Shown: positions 13,171 through 24,960, counted from the first letter of the stretch. The stretch is DNA of 64,000 nucleotides from Octopus sinensis (GCF_006345805.1 NC_043010.1:22630001-22694000), one strand, 5' to 3'. Notes: generated by a model not told the origin, from the sequence alone. Translations and numbers: made by a program.

Positions 13171-13845
13171 ACGTCCGGTTTCAGCCCCTACTCCTCTACC
13201 GTTTTAACGTGGTGGGCCCCCCGCTTTCGGAGGTGCCTTCAGCTCTGGTGTTGGGTGCATGTCTTCCTCCTTCTTCATTCTTCTCTTCCTTGGCCTCTTC
13301 GATGTCCCTTTTATTCTTATCATTCTTTTTCTGCACGCTTCCAATCCTTCCTTCAATATTTTTCTTTCTATATACCAAGCGAAGCATTTAAAAAAAAATA
13401 CTATATATATATATACAGCATCCATCGACCCTTCACTTCATCCATCAGTTTACTATTTTTCTCACAACCTCCACCGCTATCAATCTATTTATTCTACTAT
13501 TTATCAAAATTAACCTTTATTCTACCTATTTACTTATCTCTTCCTACCTTCCTAGTAACCAATGGCTTCTTCTATCAGTCTATCTATCTCGGTCTGTCTC
13601 TGTTGTCTCCGATTTTTTTGGGTTAGTCAATCGAACCAATGTATTGATTTTCTCCCAATTCATACATCCATCAATCAAACTGAAGATAATGCTTCTATAC
13701 CTCATTCATACAATAGCTCAATAAATGTGTTGATGGATTTAGTATGCAAAGGGTTATCTAAAAAATGTCTTCGTCCAGAGGGAAAAAAGAGTTTCACACA
13801 TCATATATATATATATATATATATACATACATATACATATATATA

Positions 13846-13881
<36 letters not shown>

Positions 13882-13882
13882 T

Positions 13883-14220
13883 GAAGGTGCATGTCTCAGT
13901 GGTTAGAGCGTCGAGCTTACTATCGTGAGGTTGTGAGTTTGAATCCCAGACCGGGCTGCGTGTTGTGTTCTTGAGCAAGACACTTTATTTCACGTTGCTC
14001 CAGTTCACTCAGCTGTAGAAATGAGTTGCGAAGTCACTGGTGCCAAGCTGTATCGGCCCTTGCCTTTCCATTGGATAACACTGGTGGCGTGGAGAGGGAA
14101 GGCCGGCATGCATGGGCGACTGCTGGTCTTCCATAAAACAACCTTGCCCGGGCTTGTGCCTGGGAGGGTAACTTTCTAGGTGCAATCTCATGGTCAGTGT
14201 CGTGAGCGAAGGGGGTCTCA
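13883..14220 (+). mobile_element. tRNA-derived SINE family C (tail type 1), full length
   Basis: tRNA-like head CTCAGTGGTTAGAGCG...GAGTTTGAATCCC and central GTTCTTGAGCAAGACACTTTATTTCACGTTGCTCCAG domain. Confidence 0.9.
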
Positions 14221-14280
14221 ATCAATCAATGTATGTATGGATTGATGGATGGATGGATGGATGGCTGGATGGATGGATGG

Positions 14281-14390
14281 AAAAAAAGTCGAGGTAGAAA
14301 ATGCTAAAATAATTTTATAAAAAACATTTCAGTGCCAGTTTTTCAACTCTATGTATGGAAAACAATTAAATTTTGGAAAATTTTGAATAA
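14281..14390 (+). repeat. Dispersed AT-rich repeat, second copy inverted at 41651-41765
   Basis: GGTAGAAAATGCTAAA...TTTTATAAAAAACATTT...GTATGGAAAACAATTAAATTTTGGA matches the reverse complement of 41651-41765. Confidence 0.75.
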
Positions 14391-14445
14391 TCTTTTACTT
14401 GTTTCAGTCATTTGACTGCGGCCATGCTGGAGCACCACCTTTAAA
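14391..14445 (-). mobile_element. SINE family B, 3' terminal fragment
   Basis: CTTTTACTTGTTTCAGTCATTTGACTGCGGCCATGCTGGAGCACC. Confidence 0.85.
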
Positions 14446-14500
14446 AGACAAATTAATTTAAGAGAAAAAGTTTTGTAAATGGATGTATAAAGAATGAGTT

Positions 14501-14572
14501 TGGAGATGCCGGGTCTCGAACCCAGGACCTTTCGCTTGCAAAGCGAACGCTCTACCACTGAGCTATATCCGC
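14501..14572 (-). tRNA. trnA-UGC: tRNA-Ala (anticodon UGC), possibly a pseudogene
   Basis: 72 nt GCGGATATAGCTCAGTGGTAGAGCGTTCGCTTTGCAAGCGAAAGGTCCTGGGTTCGAGACCCGGCATCTCCA. D stem GCTC/GAGC, anticodon stem TTCGC/GCGAA, T loop TTCGAGA, G3.U70 alanine identity pair. Acceptor mismatches C2.C71 and A7.C66. T5 run about 30 nt downstream. Confidence 0.85.
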
Positions 14573-14760
14573 AATATGTGAAACGTTTTTTAAAAGAATA
14601 TTCGCATGGTATTCAAATACAGGGGGCATTTTCCTTGTTTCTGCCTGTCTCTGTCTCTCTTATTTACTCTCGTGTGTTCGAGGTCATATAAGAAAAGGAA
14701 AAAAATATATAGATGTAGACGATCTTTAATTCAAATCCAAGTTGGTAACAAAACGAATCT

Positions 14761-14855
14761 ATAGTCTACAAATTGTTTCGGAGTCTAATTAATTCCAAAG
14801 GCAAAAACGAAAAACTCTTCTTGAAATAAAAATTGGATTCTTCGTCAGGAATTAC
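14761..14855 (-). ncRNA. Hammerhead motif with canonical core and decayed helices
   Basis: CUGACGA (14848-14842), stem II AGAAUC/GACUCC (4 of 6 pairs), GAAA, stem III CAA[U]UUG, GUA triplet. Stem I partial. Confidence 0.5.
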
Positions 14856-14948
14856 ATATTGGTAGGAATAATTACGATCAACAAAAAATATGAAAAGACC
14901 TTTTATAGCCAAGACAGGAACGAAATCTTGAAGGATTTCGATCCTCAC

Positions 14949-14991
<43 letters not shown>

Positions 14992-14994
<3 letters not shown>

Positions 14995-15273
14995 ATAAAA
15001 CGGTAAGATAACAAAAGAAAGAAAGAGACCTCAATATTATGTAAATAGAGGAAATTTATCTATACAATATGTTACATTACTCGGTAGTCAAGATAAAACT
15101 CTGAGTTTCAGATGCCGAAGTGGAAATCCACAACACCATCTCTTCGGTTATCTGGCTATTTGAAACTGGTTTCAAATAGCCAGATAACCGAAGAGATGGT
15201 GTTGTGGATTTCCACTTCGGCATCTGAAACTCAGAGTTTTATCTTGACTACCGAGTAATGTAACATATTGTAT

Positions 15274-15278
<5 letters not shown>
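14992..15278 (-). mobile_element. Mini PLE fold-back: 3' pLTR with tail plus inverted pLTR fragment
   Basis: 14992-15166 matches 39593-39767 of the GIY-YIG element. Arms 15057-15166 and 15169-15278 are perfect 110-bp inverted repeats with a 2-nt spacer. Flanked by (TA)n. Confidence 0.9.
15182..15244 (+). ncRNA. Variant hammerhead (CCGAAGA core); mirror copy on minus at 15091-15153
   Basis: Stem I AGAUAA/UUAUCU (6 bp), CCGAAGA, stem II GAUG/CAUC plus unpaired U, GAAA, CUC[A]GAG, GUU triplet. Confidence 0.55.
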
Positions 15279-15318
<40 letters not shown>

Positions 15319-15321
15319 ATA

Positions 15322-15505
15322 TTCGCCATGTTACATCGCTAGCCACTACACATTCTTTATTTTCTTTCCTTGTTTCTTTCTGTGGAAGAGCGTAGGCTCG
15401 AGACGTTATAGACTTTTTCACTTCCCGAACGTTAGACTAATACATCTGTTTGTTGTCTACACCACCTGTCTTCGTCTTTTGGTTTTTCATGAATTTTCCC
15501 TATAT
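15322..15505 (+). mobile_element. Short TA-flanked element (solo pLTR-like) with minimal HHR at 15374-15413; same family as 55752-55930
   Basis: CUUU-CUGUGGA-A-GAGC[GUAG]GCUC-GAGA-CGUU-AUAGAC. GAAA is mutated to GAGA in this copy. Confidence 0.7.
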
Positions 15506-16248
15506 ATGTATGTATATATGAACTGGGTGCTACTGATGTGATGAGCCTCTTTCTTGCTTCACATTGGTAACAAGTATTGGTTTTCTTGCTTAGTCAGACC
15601 TAATAGAACAGACCTATGATCAGAGACATATCAACCGTGACTATTCCGTCGTGTTGAATACCTTGTCCCATTGTACTCATCTTCTTGATAACATGATTGG
15701 ATGTAAAAACTGCTCCTGTTATTGTAGTTTGGTGATCTTCGCCTTGGTTGAGCGTAACCATGATCACAGGATTTCCAGCCGTGACCACCTTCTACAGTTT
15801 ATCTCTAGCTATGTTACTAAGTTTACACTTTCCTTTAAAAAACAACAGCGTATGATTTTATTTGGCTGTTATTTTTTAGCATGATGTAGAGTCTTTCTCA
15901 TTTTTAGTCATAATTCACAACCATAAGAACTAATGGGAATGCCACTACGTGTTCACTTAACCTGCTAGAAATAGCAAGCAAAGTCATGCAAATGGCATAC
16001 ACATGCATCCCTTACTGTCTCAGAAAATGACACTTCTTTATATTTCCTGGATTTTCCGTGCATAGCAAAAAGATTGGATTCTCACGTATAATATACCTTT
16101 GATCAGAGATTGGGTCGATCTAGCTTTTCTGAGGTTAAACAATCACATCATCACCACCACCACCACCATCACAAACAAACAACAACAACAAGGACAACAA
16201 CAAGATTTATAAGCATGCCTATTCTGTAATTAGTTAGTATGGGGACGT

Positions 16249-16572
16249 GAGGGCGCGTGGCTTAGTGGTTAGGGCATTCGGCTCATGATCGTAAGGTTGT
16301 GAGTTCGATTCCCGGCGACGCGTTGTGTCCTTGAGCAAGACACTTTATTTCACGTTGCTCCAGTCCACTCAGCTGGCAAAAATGAGTTGTACTTGTATTT
16401 CAAAGGGTCAGCCTTGTCACTCTCTGTGTCACGCTGATTATCTCCGAGAACTACGTTAAGGGTACACGTGTCTGTGGAATGCTCAGCCATTTGCACGTTA
16501 ATTTCACGAGCAAGCTGTTCCGCTGATCGTATCAGCTGGGACCCTCGTCGTCGTAACCGGCGGAGTCTTTAA
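16249..16572 (+). mobile_element. SINE family C (tail type 2), full length, with 13-bp TSD
   Basis: tRNA-like head with GAGTTCGATTCCC. Perfect direct repeat AGTATGGGGACGT at 16236-16248 and 16573-16585. Confidence 0.95.
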
Positions 16573-17076
16573 AGTATGGGGACGTAGACAATTTAATATT
16601 GCACGTAGCAGCAGCTGCAATATTGCATAATCGCCGACAGTTAGTTTCCAAATACAGTTTTAAGAGGTCCTTTGGGTTTTGTCCATGAACAAAACAACAA
16701 TCACACCACATCTGTGTTTAACCAATTTTATCGCCATCTTGCGGATGAGGTGTCGGTAGGAAATCCTTCACTGTATCTGTCTGACCGTTTTAATAACTGA
16801 ATTAACATTCACCTGTGACACGATATTCTTGTCTTTCTTTCCCCATATATAATCTGATTGGCTTGTAGAGTATCAAATGTTCATAATGAAGTGCAAAGAA
16901 TAAAAAAATCTAACACTTTGATCTGGGGATGCTACCCTGCACCAGACGAGGAGTTTGTTACACACCTCAGTAACACTGGCATAATATTGGTATAATATTG
17001 TAATATTAATAAATGGTTTCTGATTTAAACACGAAGGCAGTAATTTTGAGGGTAGGGGTTAGTCGATACCATCAAC

Positions 17077-17229
17077 TGGCAGAAACGTTAGCACGCCGAG
17101 CGAAATACGTAGCCGTATTTCGTCTGCAGTTGCGTTCTGAGTTCAAATTCCGCCGAGGTCGACTTTGCCTTTCATCCTTTCGGGGTCGATAAATTAAGTA
17201 CCAATTACGCACTGGGGTCGATATCATCG
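17077..17229 (+). mobile_element. SINE family A, 3'-truncated
   Basis: High-identity head and body; stops after GGGGTCGATATCATCG. Confidence 0.9.
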
Positions 17230-17925
17230 CTATATTGTAGTGCCATGCAGTAGGGTCGAACACCCGAAACCACCTTGTTGCAAAATGCAGTCCTTAACCA
17301 CATAGCTATTCTAAGATACCAATTAAAAACCGCAGAATTATGAATGGGGAAACAAAATGAGCAATGGAAGTTCACCTATTCTACATCCTGCACTTAAATT
17401 TGACCATGATAGCTGCTGATAAAAATTGAACTCATATCTTTTAAAACAAATCTTCAATCACGAACTTGTCGATCTGTAACACACTTATGTTCATTTTTTC
17501 GATCTTTCTAAAGATATAAGCGGAGGGTGAACTTTCGGGAGTTTTGTTGTTGATGCTTGATTCCTAGATTAGAGCTAATCCATCAGGTCTACTATCAAAT
17601 CCACTAAATTAATCAAACTTGGACTGAGATCCAATCCAACTGCAAAGCAGGAAACACTGCAGATACTTGGACCAGAGTTATTATATTGAAAGATCAAAAC
17701 CGTGTAATTGATAAAGGGTACCTACAACAGGTAGGTACCCTACTTACTAGCTGTCTATCATAAAAGATAACTTGTGTAAATATAGAAATTTTGTTTTTTC
17801 TTATTGGCATTTACATCTATATTTTAGGGATGCATTGAATTACATGAAGGAAAAGCTCATTGGTGAATATATATATGCTTGTGTGTAATCATTGTTTGAG
17901 CGTCTTTATACATATATATATATAT

Positions 17926-17972
<47 letters not shown>

Positions 17973-17982
17973 TAGATATATG

Positions 17983-18038
<56 letters not shown>

Positions 18039-18071
18039 CATACATATATGTGTGTGTGTGTGTCTAAGTAT

Positions 18072-18234
18072 GTTATTATTGGTTTTCAAATTTTGGCACA
18101 AGGCCAGCAATTTCAGAAGAGCGTGGTGGTCAATTAAATTAACCCCAATGCATAACTAGTACTAATTTTATCGATCCCGATGGACGAAAGCATTTTGCCG
18201 GCGAGCTAACGATTCTTCCAGCTCGTCGCCTTTA
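18072..18234 (-). mobile_element. SINE family A, internally deleted
   Basis: Tail and head present; B-box region missing. Confidence 0.75.
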
Positions 18235-18240
18235 TGTATG

Positions 18241-19031
18241 TTATAATTCAATTTTATTTAAAAATTTCTTGCCAAATTGAGAAATAAAAAAGCGATTAAT
18301 AACCTCGATCCAAAGACCCTTCATTGGAATATCAGCAACATCAACTTGATGTTTGTGCATATTCGTGTGTATGTGTGCAATATTTGGATTCAGTGAATGG
18401 GCTGATCTGTGTGTTTTAGTTTTCTGTATGTATTCTGATAGTTGCTTGTCTGGATTTGTGCATGCGTAATTATATGCCAAGCTTTTAGGAAGTTTTACAT
18501 ATTTCGATAGTTCCATTGATGCTATAGTTTTTGTCATAGATCTAGCAGAGCTATGACCATAGCTATAGAATCCATGGCCACCTCATTGAGCAAAGCTAAT
18601 TTTAGATCTGATCCAGTAGAGCTATACCCAGGCCATTTCGTCGTGACTTTTAGACGATATCTTCAGGGCTACAATATCCTGTCAGTCCGTCGCGTTTTTA
18701 AAACGGTGAAATGTGGTTTGAGGGATTGTTGACTACTATATCTAGAATGATGAACGACATCCTCAGAGATTCCTGTTAGCTCGGTGATCAAAGCATTGTT
18801 GTTATCCTGGTCTTGATCGTCTATACCTATGTTCAAAGTCATTCTAACCGTAACAATCACATCCTCTACAACAGGGGTTACATTGGCCCATGTAAATGGT
18901 ACGGTGTAATTCGGTTCAATAGAAGGAGGAGAGATTTGGTTGTTATTTCTGGCATGTGGAACGACCATGATGAGGTTTCCTTCTCGGGGTCGGATACGAT
19001 TCACTTCTTTATATTGTTGTTTAGCCCTCAA
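18241..19031 (-). pseudogene. Decayed coding-like sequence of unknown origin
   Basis: Two long stop-free stretches (120 aa and 98 aa) in different frames, joined by about 130 bp with scattered stops. Complex composition, no microsatellite. Confidence 0.35.
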
Positions 19032-19216
19032 ATCTGACTTGATCCAGCAAAGCTACATTTAAAAACGTTCTTGGGATGACCATACTGTATTTTATTTAGA
19101 CACAGTGTATCAAAGAACAGAAGAATACAATGTATCTTGTTTTAGAGAATTACTATTTTTAAATCGCACAACGAGAGATATTCAGCAACAGTAATTTGTA
19201 GCAAAGGTTGTTTGCC

Positions 19217-19312
19217 AGCATAACATGGCAGTCCTGGTTTAGGACGAATGTTGTTGTAATGGGGCTAAATTACAGCAACATTCGTCCTAAACCAGGACTG
19301 CCATGCTATGTT
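19217..19312. repeat. Fold-back inverted repeat, ~44-bp arms, 8-nt loop
   Basis: CATGGCAGTCCTGGTTTAGGACGAATGTTGTTGTAAT-ggggctaa-ATTACAGCAACATTCGTCCTAAACCAGGACTGCCATG with one T.G difference; extends a few bp further imperfectly. Confidence 0.9.
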
Positions 19313-19728
19313 AGTATCTTGTTTTGTTTTGTTTTGTTTTGTTTTTCTTGATGGGAACTAAGCGAAAGTTGACATCTGTGTTTTATGAATTGAACAGCCC
19401 TCTTTTCTTCGACATATAACTGCTATTTCTATTAAATAGGATATTGTAACCAGCCATATTGTAACTAGCAATCACTTAATCAATCAACTATTCAACTAAT
19501 CAATGAAACAATCTGTCTTTTCAAAATAATTATAGCTCCTTCTAAATTCGATTATTTATTTGGGTCTTTCTCTACTGACCTACATTCACTCTTACCTGAT
19601 TTTGATCTTATGCCTTGTTACATATTCACCTACCTCAGTACCGACCTAGCTATCTTAGCAGCCTACCGAAATATCAACCTCTCTCTAAATATATACATAT
19701 ATGCACACACATACAGATATATAAATAC

Positions 19729-19760
<32 letters not shown>

Positions 19761-19919
19761 ATGTATGCTTAATGTGTGTAAATATATATAATTGAAATAT
19801 GCATATGTATACACATATCTAGACATAACTAAACGTATGTGTGCATCTATTTTTTTGTATCTGTCTCTCCAAACGCACACACATACACACACCTAAACAT
19901 TTGCACAGGTGTATGTGTG

Positions 19920-19987
<68 letters not shown>

Positions 19988-20898
19988 TGTATGTATTGAT
20001 AGATAGACACACACACATATAGACAGACATGCATATAAATAGATAGATAGCTAGATAGATAGATAAATAGATAGACATTAGATTTATGACTACAGTCCTC
20101 CGCTCACTCTGTCCCTCTGTCCCTCTCTCTCTCTCTATATATATATATATATGTATATATGTATATGTATATATCGGTATGCATGTTCGTGACTATTTAA
20201 TTCCATCACTCCCAATCTCTAATTCTAATACCCCGCCCCACTCTCTCACTTTCCCTCCTTCCCTCACCCTCCTCTCCTCCAGCATTCCATTCTCCATTCA
20301 CCATTCTTTCTCCAATACATTCAATGATTGATCGAGCCGTGTGTCTCTAGACTCTATATTATAGAATAACTATAAAACTGTCTAATTATAGCTGTCAGTC
20401 TCGCCAGCAGCAGCACAACCACCGCCACCGCCACCACCACTACCGCCGCCGCCAACGTCGCCATAGTTATCTCTATCGCATCTTCTTCACTGACACCGGT
20501 GTGCGCCTCACGACATATTTATTAACATGCACATATGCATAACTATACACACATTCGTGCATACAGTATACGCGGTCATATATAATATATATGCTATATG
20601 TATGTATGTTTGTATGTGTGTATGCCCTTATGCACATATTTGTATACTGTATAATTATATGCATGTATATGTATGAATATATATATATATATATATATAC
20701 ATATGTATATCCATGTATGTATGCGTGCATGTGTACGTATACATATATGTATATATGTATATATGCATCTATATACGTATATATGTTTGCATACACACAC
20801 ACACACACACACACATGTACAAACAGATATCTGCCTGTGTGCATGCTGTATATGCATTCACGCGTTATCTCAATATCATCGTTCGTCTACGCAACCAG

Positions 20899-21020
20899 TT
20901 ATGGCCACAACCCACTATCTATGAATCTGCCATCTTCTCTGGTATCCTCCACCACAACAAACAACAACAGCAACGTAACCAGCATCGACAGCCTAACATC
21001 TTCATCAAGAAACACGTTTG
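20899..21020 (+). CDS. Weak exon candidate, Ser/Thr/Asn-rich
   Basis: AG at 20897-98, GTAATA at 21021, open frame YGHNPLSMNLPSSLVSSTTTNNNSNVTSIDSLTSSSRNTF. Splice sites are mediocre. Confidence 0.15.
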
Positions 21021-21320
21021 GTAATAAATTTGCATTGCAATCACGTGTTTCTTGGTTCGATTCCGATTAGAGAAGTATAACTTTTACGAAGGCCTCAGGT
21101 CGACTCACGTTTTATCTGTGAAATTACGATAGTAAGAATGAAAAATCTGAAGAACATATCCGGGTAGATGTACCCTTAACTCAAAATGTCAGCTTCGTCT
21201 CACACTGAGTCATTTTTCTGATGAAGTATGTTAAGGGTATGCTTGACATTAACTGATCGTGCAACAAGAAGAATGTTACTGACGAAACCGACGGAGACCC
21301 ATTTCACACACACACACACA

Positions 21321-21361
<41 letters not shown>

Positions 21362-21425
21362 CTATACATGTAAAAATAGTATATATCTATATATATCATA
21401 TATATATAGTATATATACATATACA

Positions 21426-21586
21426 GTGGCGGTTTTGGGGTAACAAGCTTTGTTCCACATCACATGATTCTGGGTTCAGTCCCATTCCATGGCACCTTCG
21501 GCAAGTGTCTTCTGCTATATCCTCGGGCCGATCAAAGCCTTGTGAGTGGATTTGGTTGACGGAAACTGAAAGAACCTCGTTGTGTG

Positions 21587-21632
<46 letters not shown>

Positions 21633-21822
21633 TGTGTCTGTGTCTGTGTTTGTCCTCCCAACCATCGCTTGACAACCGATGAAGGTGTGTCTACGACCGC
21701 CGCACCCGTCACTTAGCGGTTCGGCCAAAAAAACCGATAGAATAAGTACTAGGCTTACAAAGAATAAGTCCTGGGGTCGATTTGTTCGACTAAAGGCGCT
21801 GCTCCAGCAAATAAAAGAATAT
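21426..21822 (+). mobile_element. tRNA-derived SINE family B with internal microsatellite, near full length
   Basis: Head GGGTTCAGTCCC, CORE-like CACCTTCGGCAAGTGTCTTCT, central (TG)n, 3' GATAGAATAAGTACTAGGCTTACAAAGAATAAGTCCTGGGGTCG. Confidence 0.9.
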
Positions 21823-22203
21823 GCTTATACAGAATCTATATTCATGTATATACATGTATGCATATACATATCCAAACATATACACACATACGTATATATA
21901 TACACATACATAAATAAGCACATATATATATTACGTACGTTTATATGTTTATCTTATATGTGTGTTGTGTGTGTGTGTTCTACACAAATATACACACACG
22001 GTCAATAGACAATTAACTGAGTGGTTGGAACCTCATGTACTGAAATTGATAAAGGTCTGTCGTCTTCCTCTTTGTATGTATATGTGTGGCGATGGGAGGG
22101 TAGCTAGCAGTGTACATATGGCTGGGTTGGTTTCAGTGAAGACTAAAGTTTTATTCAACTATCTTCCTATGTCATTCACGCACCTGAGAGTGCGTGCTAG
22201 CAC

Positions 22204-22239
<36 letters not shown>

Positions 22240-22241
<2 letters not shown>

Positions 22242-22597
22242 ACAATTGAGGGTAAAATTAATTAATTAATCAATTTCACCAAGTGTTCAGTATGTAAAAG
22301 GACCATTTAAGGCGAATTCAAAATATTACATTATATAATTAAGGCTTAGTAAAATAAATTACTTTGCCACATACTGAACTTAGTAGAAATAGCAGCCAAA
22401 AAAAATTTTCTTAGCATTTCCACTACTTAAAGAAAATCTCTCTCAGATAATGTTTACTCTAGACAGCTCACGAAGGTTTGGGGGGTAAATACAGAAAAAT
22501 ATCACAAGTACATAGATCGTTTGAGTACGTCAACGTTTCAAGATTAGCCAAATAAAATCAGCATTTCTTTCGTCAGCTCAAAATTTCTTAATTTCTT
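22240..22597 (-). mobile_element. TA-flanked solo pLTR-like element carrying a canonical HHR
   Basis: Bounded by (TA)n on both sides. Shares TAGAAATAGCAGCCAAA and GACCATTTA motifs with the 49752-50092 element. Confidence 0.75.
22520..22582 (-). ncRNA. Canonical type I hammerhead ribozyme
   Basis: UUUGAG-CUGACGA-AAGA...UCUU-GAAA-CGU[UG]ACG-UA-CUCAAA. Stem I 6 bp, stem II 4 bp plus extension, stem III 3 bp plus A15.1-U16.1, GUA triplet. Predicted cleavage between 22526 and 22525. Confidence 0.88.
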
Positions 22598-22692
22598 ATA
22601 TATATATATAGGCAAGGAAAAATTCTTTTTATAATTATTCCTTGCCTATCATTTCTCCACGTGCGGTCAACACAACCCCACCATTTATTGAT

Positions 22693-22723
<31 letters not shown>

Positions 22724-22736
22724 GTATGCATCTATA

Positions 22737-22823
<87 letters not shown>

Positions 22824-22828
<5 letters not shown>

Positions 22829-22907
22829 CTGAAGATTGCTCGACATTTTAAAACTGATGTAATACAGTGTTTAATAAAATGAAGTAGCATGAAACGATTG
22901 CATTACA
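22824..22907 (+). ncRNA. Type I hammerhead motif with U16.1-to-C change (likely inactive copy) in a TA-flanked element 22824-23020
   Basis: UGUAG-CUGAAGA-U UGCU...AGCA U-GAAA-CG[AU]UG-CA-UUACA. Stem I 5 bp; triplet is GCA rather than GUA. Confidence 0.65.
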
Positions 22908-23016
22908 CTACCTTGGATATCCTTGTTGCTTATTTTGATTATAATCACCCCATTTGATTTATATGGATAATACCATACCAAATTCTGGTGCCTTTAACTT
23001 AAGTACCATATTCATC

Positions 23017-23063
<47 letters not shown>

Positions 23064-23450
23064 GTGTGTGTGAGCTTATGTGTGGTTTTTGTATGTGTTT
23101 GAGTGAAAACGAGAAGGAAGAAGAAGTGGTAGAGTAAAGGAATTTATGAGGGTGACAGACACACAGACTGACAAGAAAATACGATATCGAAAGAAAAAGA
23201 TGTGTAAAGAAGGAGAGACTAGAAGTAAAGAGGAAGAAGGAAATTGGACGATAGATTAATTGAAGGAGAGAAATAATTAATTGAATAAATAAAACTAATG
23301 GAATATGAAGAAACAAAAAATTTACAAGAAAATAAAAAGTTATGGTGGAGGGGAGGCAGAGGAGGTGGGAGGCTAATACTTTAATTACTGATTGGAATAA
23401 AGATTAATTAATGATTAATGAATAAAAAGGGAAATCAATCGACACACACT

Positions 23451-23485
<35 letters not shown>

Positions 23486-23596
23486 GCATATGCACGTACG
23501 CATACACATACATGTGTTGTGTTTCATTGAGATTTTAAAGGAAAACCGTTGAAATAATTGAAATCTGAGGTTTACTTTTTAAAGAAACAAAAGCTC

Positions 23597-23812
23597 CAAA
23601 TTTCGGCACATAGTCTGAAGTTTTAGGGGGGAAGGATTTTAGTCGACTACATCGATCTCAGTACTTGATTGGCGCTTTATTTTATCGATCCCCGAAAGAT
23701 TTAAAAGCGAAGTTGACCTCGGTGGGATTTGAACTCAGAATGTAAAGAGACAGACGAAATGCCACTCGGCTGTTTTGTCCAGTACGCTAACGATTCTGAC
23801 AGCTCACTACTT
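23597..23812 (-). mobile_element. SINE family A, diverged full length
   Basis: Reverse-complement match to family A across the whole length. Confidence 0.85.
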
Positions 23813-23851
23813 TTATGAGAAAAAACAATAAGACTGAATGAAGGTTATAAT

Positions 23852-23882
<31 letters not shown>

Positions 23883-23948
23883 TATATATATATATATAAT
23901 ATATATATACACTATACATGCATACACACATACGCACACACACATATG

Positions 23949-24006
<58 letters not shown>

Positions 24007-24394
24007 AGTAGAAAGCAGGTGTGGTATCCAATGCTTTACAGGACATACACGTGTTTCATCAAACTCCGAAGTAATTACATAACAATAGAAGTGAGGTGCA
24101 TGATTGCAGAATGCTCTGCTACTCTTATGAAATTATTACGGCGTGGAATATTAGACCTGTTTTCTGCCTGTTATTACTTCTATTATTTGGCTCGTAATCT
24201 GCACACAGTCCTATCCCGAGGTTCATTTCCCCCATTACTGCACTGGATACCTGTATAAATTATCTAAATTGCAGAATTGACAGCTTTTGTAACCAGCTTT
24301 GGAATTACTTTTGTACCTGTTACAAATGAGATATTTGCCAACAGCTTCACATAAACACCTCCTATTGTTTGGGTGCACCGAGACTGTCGAAAGA

Positions 24395-24620
24395 AGGCTA
24401 ACTCTCATATTTCGAATCCTATTGACCGTGGAGTTGTGGGTTCGATTCCTAGGCCGAGTGGTGGGTTATTTTCGGGAGCCAAACCCTTCATTTAACGTTG
24501 CTGCAGTCCAGTCGGCTGTAAATGGGTCCACCCTGCGACGGAATAGTATTCCGATTAGGGTGAATGTTGGCCTGCTCGCTTAGGTAGCGAGGTGACATCA
24601 TCCGAAAGCGAAAACGATGC
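24395..24620 (+). mobile_element. Diverged tRNA-derived SINE-like element
   Basis: B box GGGTTCGATTCC and GTTGCTGCAGTCCAGTCGGCTGTAAATGGG, similar to the family C central domain. Confidence 0.55.
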
Positions 24621-24960
24621 GAAGCTTCATCCGATAGCTTGGTCGATACCATGAACCACATGTGTGTGTGCGCGCATGTGTGTGTGTGTGTGAGTGTGTG
24701 TGCGAAAATAAAATTTCACGTGTGCATAAAGAACACACACACACACACACATACACACACATCACAGAAGTACAAGTATATTGATTCACCCACATCTGTA
24801 TATGTATTCATGTACGCACGCACGAACTCACAGAAATCCCAAGAACTCTTTTGGCTAAAACGAAAATGCTGTTAGTGACCGGCTTCCATTCTACTAAGAA
24901 GAATTAAAGGCTAATCGCATAAATATACATACATGCATACCTATTTCTTTACTACCTACA

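Noticed and set aside
18620-18670. Minus-strand CUGAAGA...GAAA
   Set aside because: Stem II base is unpaired and there is no valid NUH triplet.
21218-21260. CUGAUGA with stem II followed by GACA
   Set aside because: GAAA is mutated, H17 would be G, and there is no stem I.
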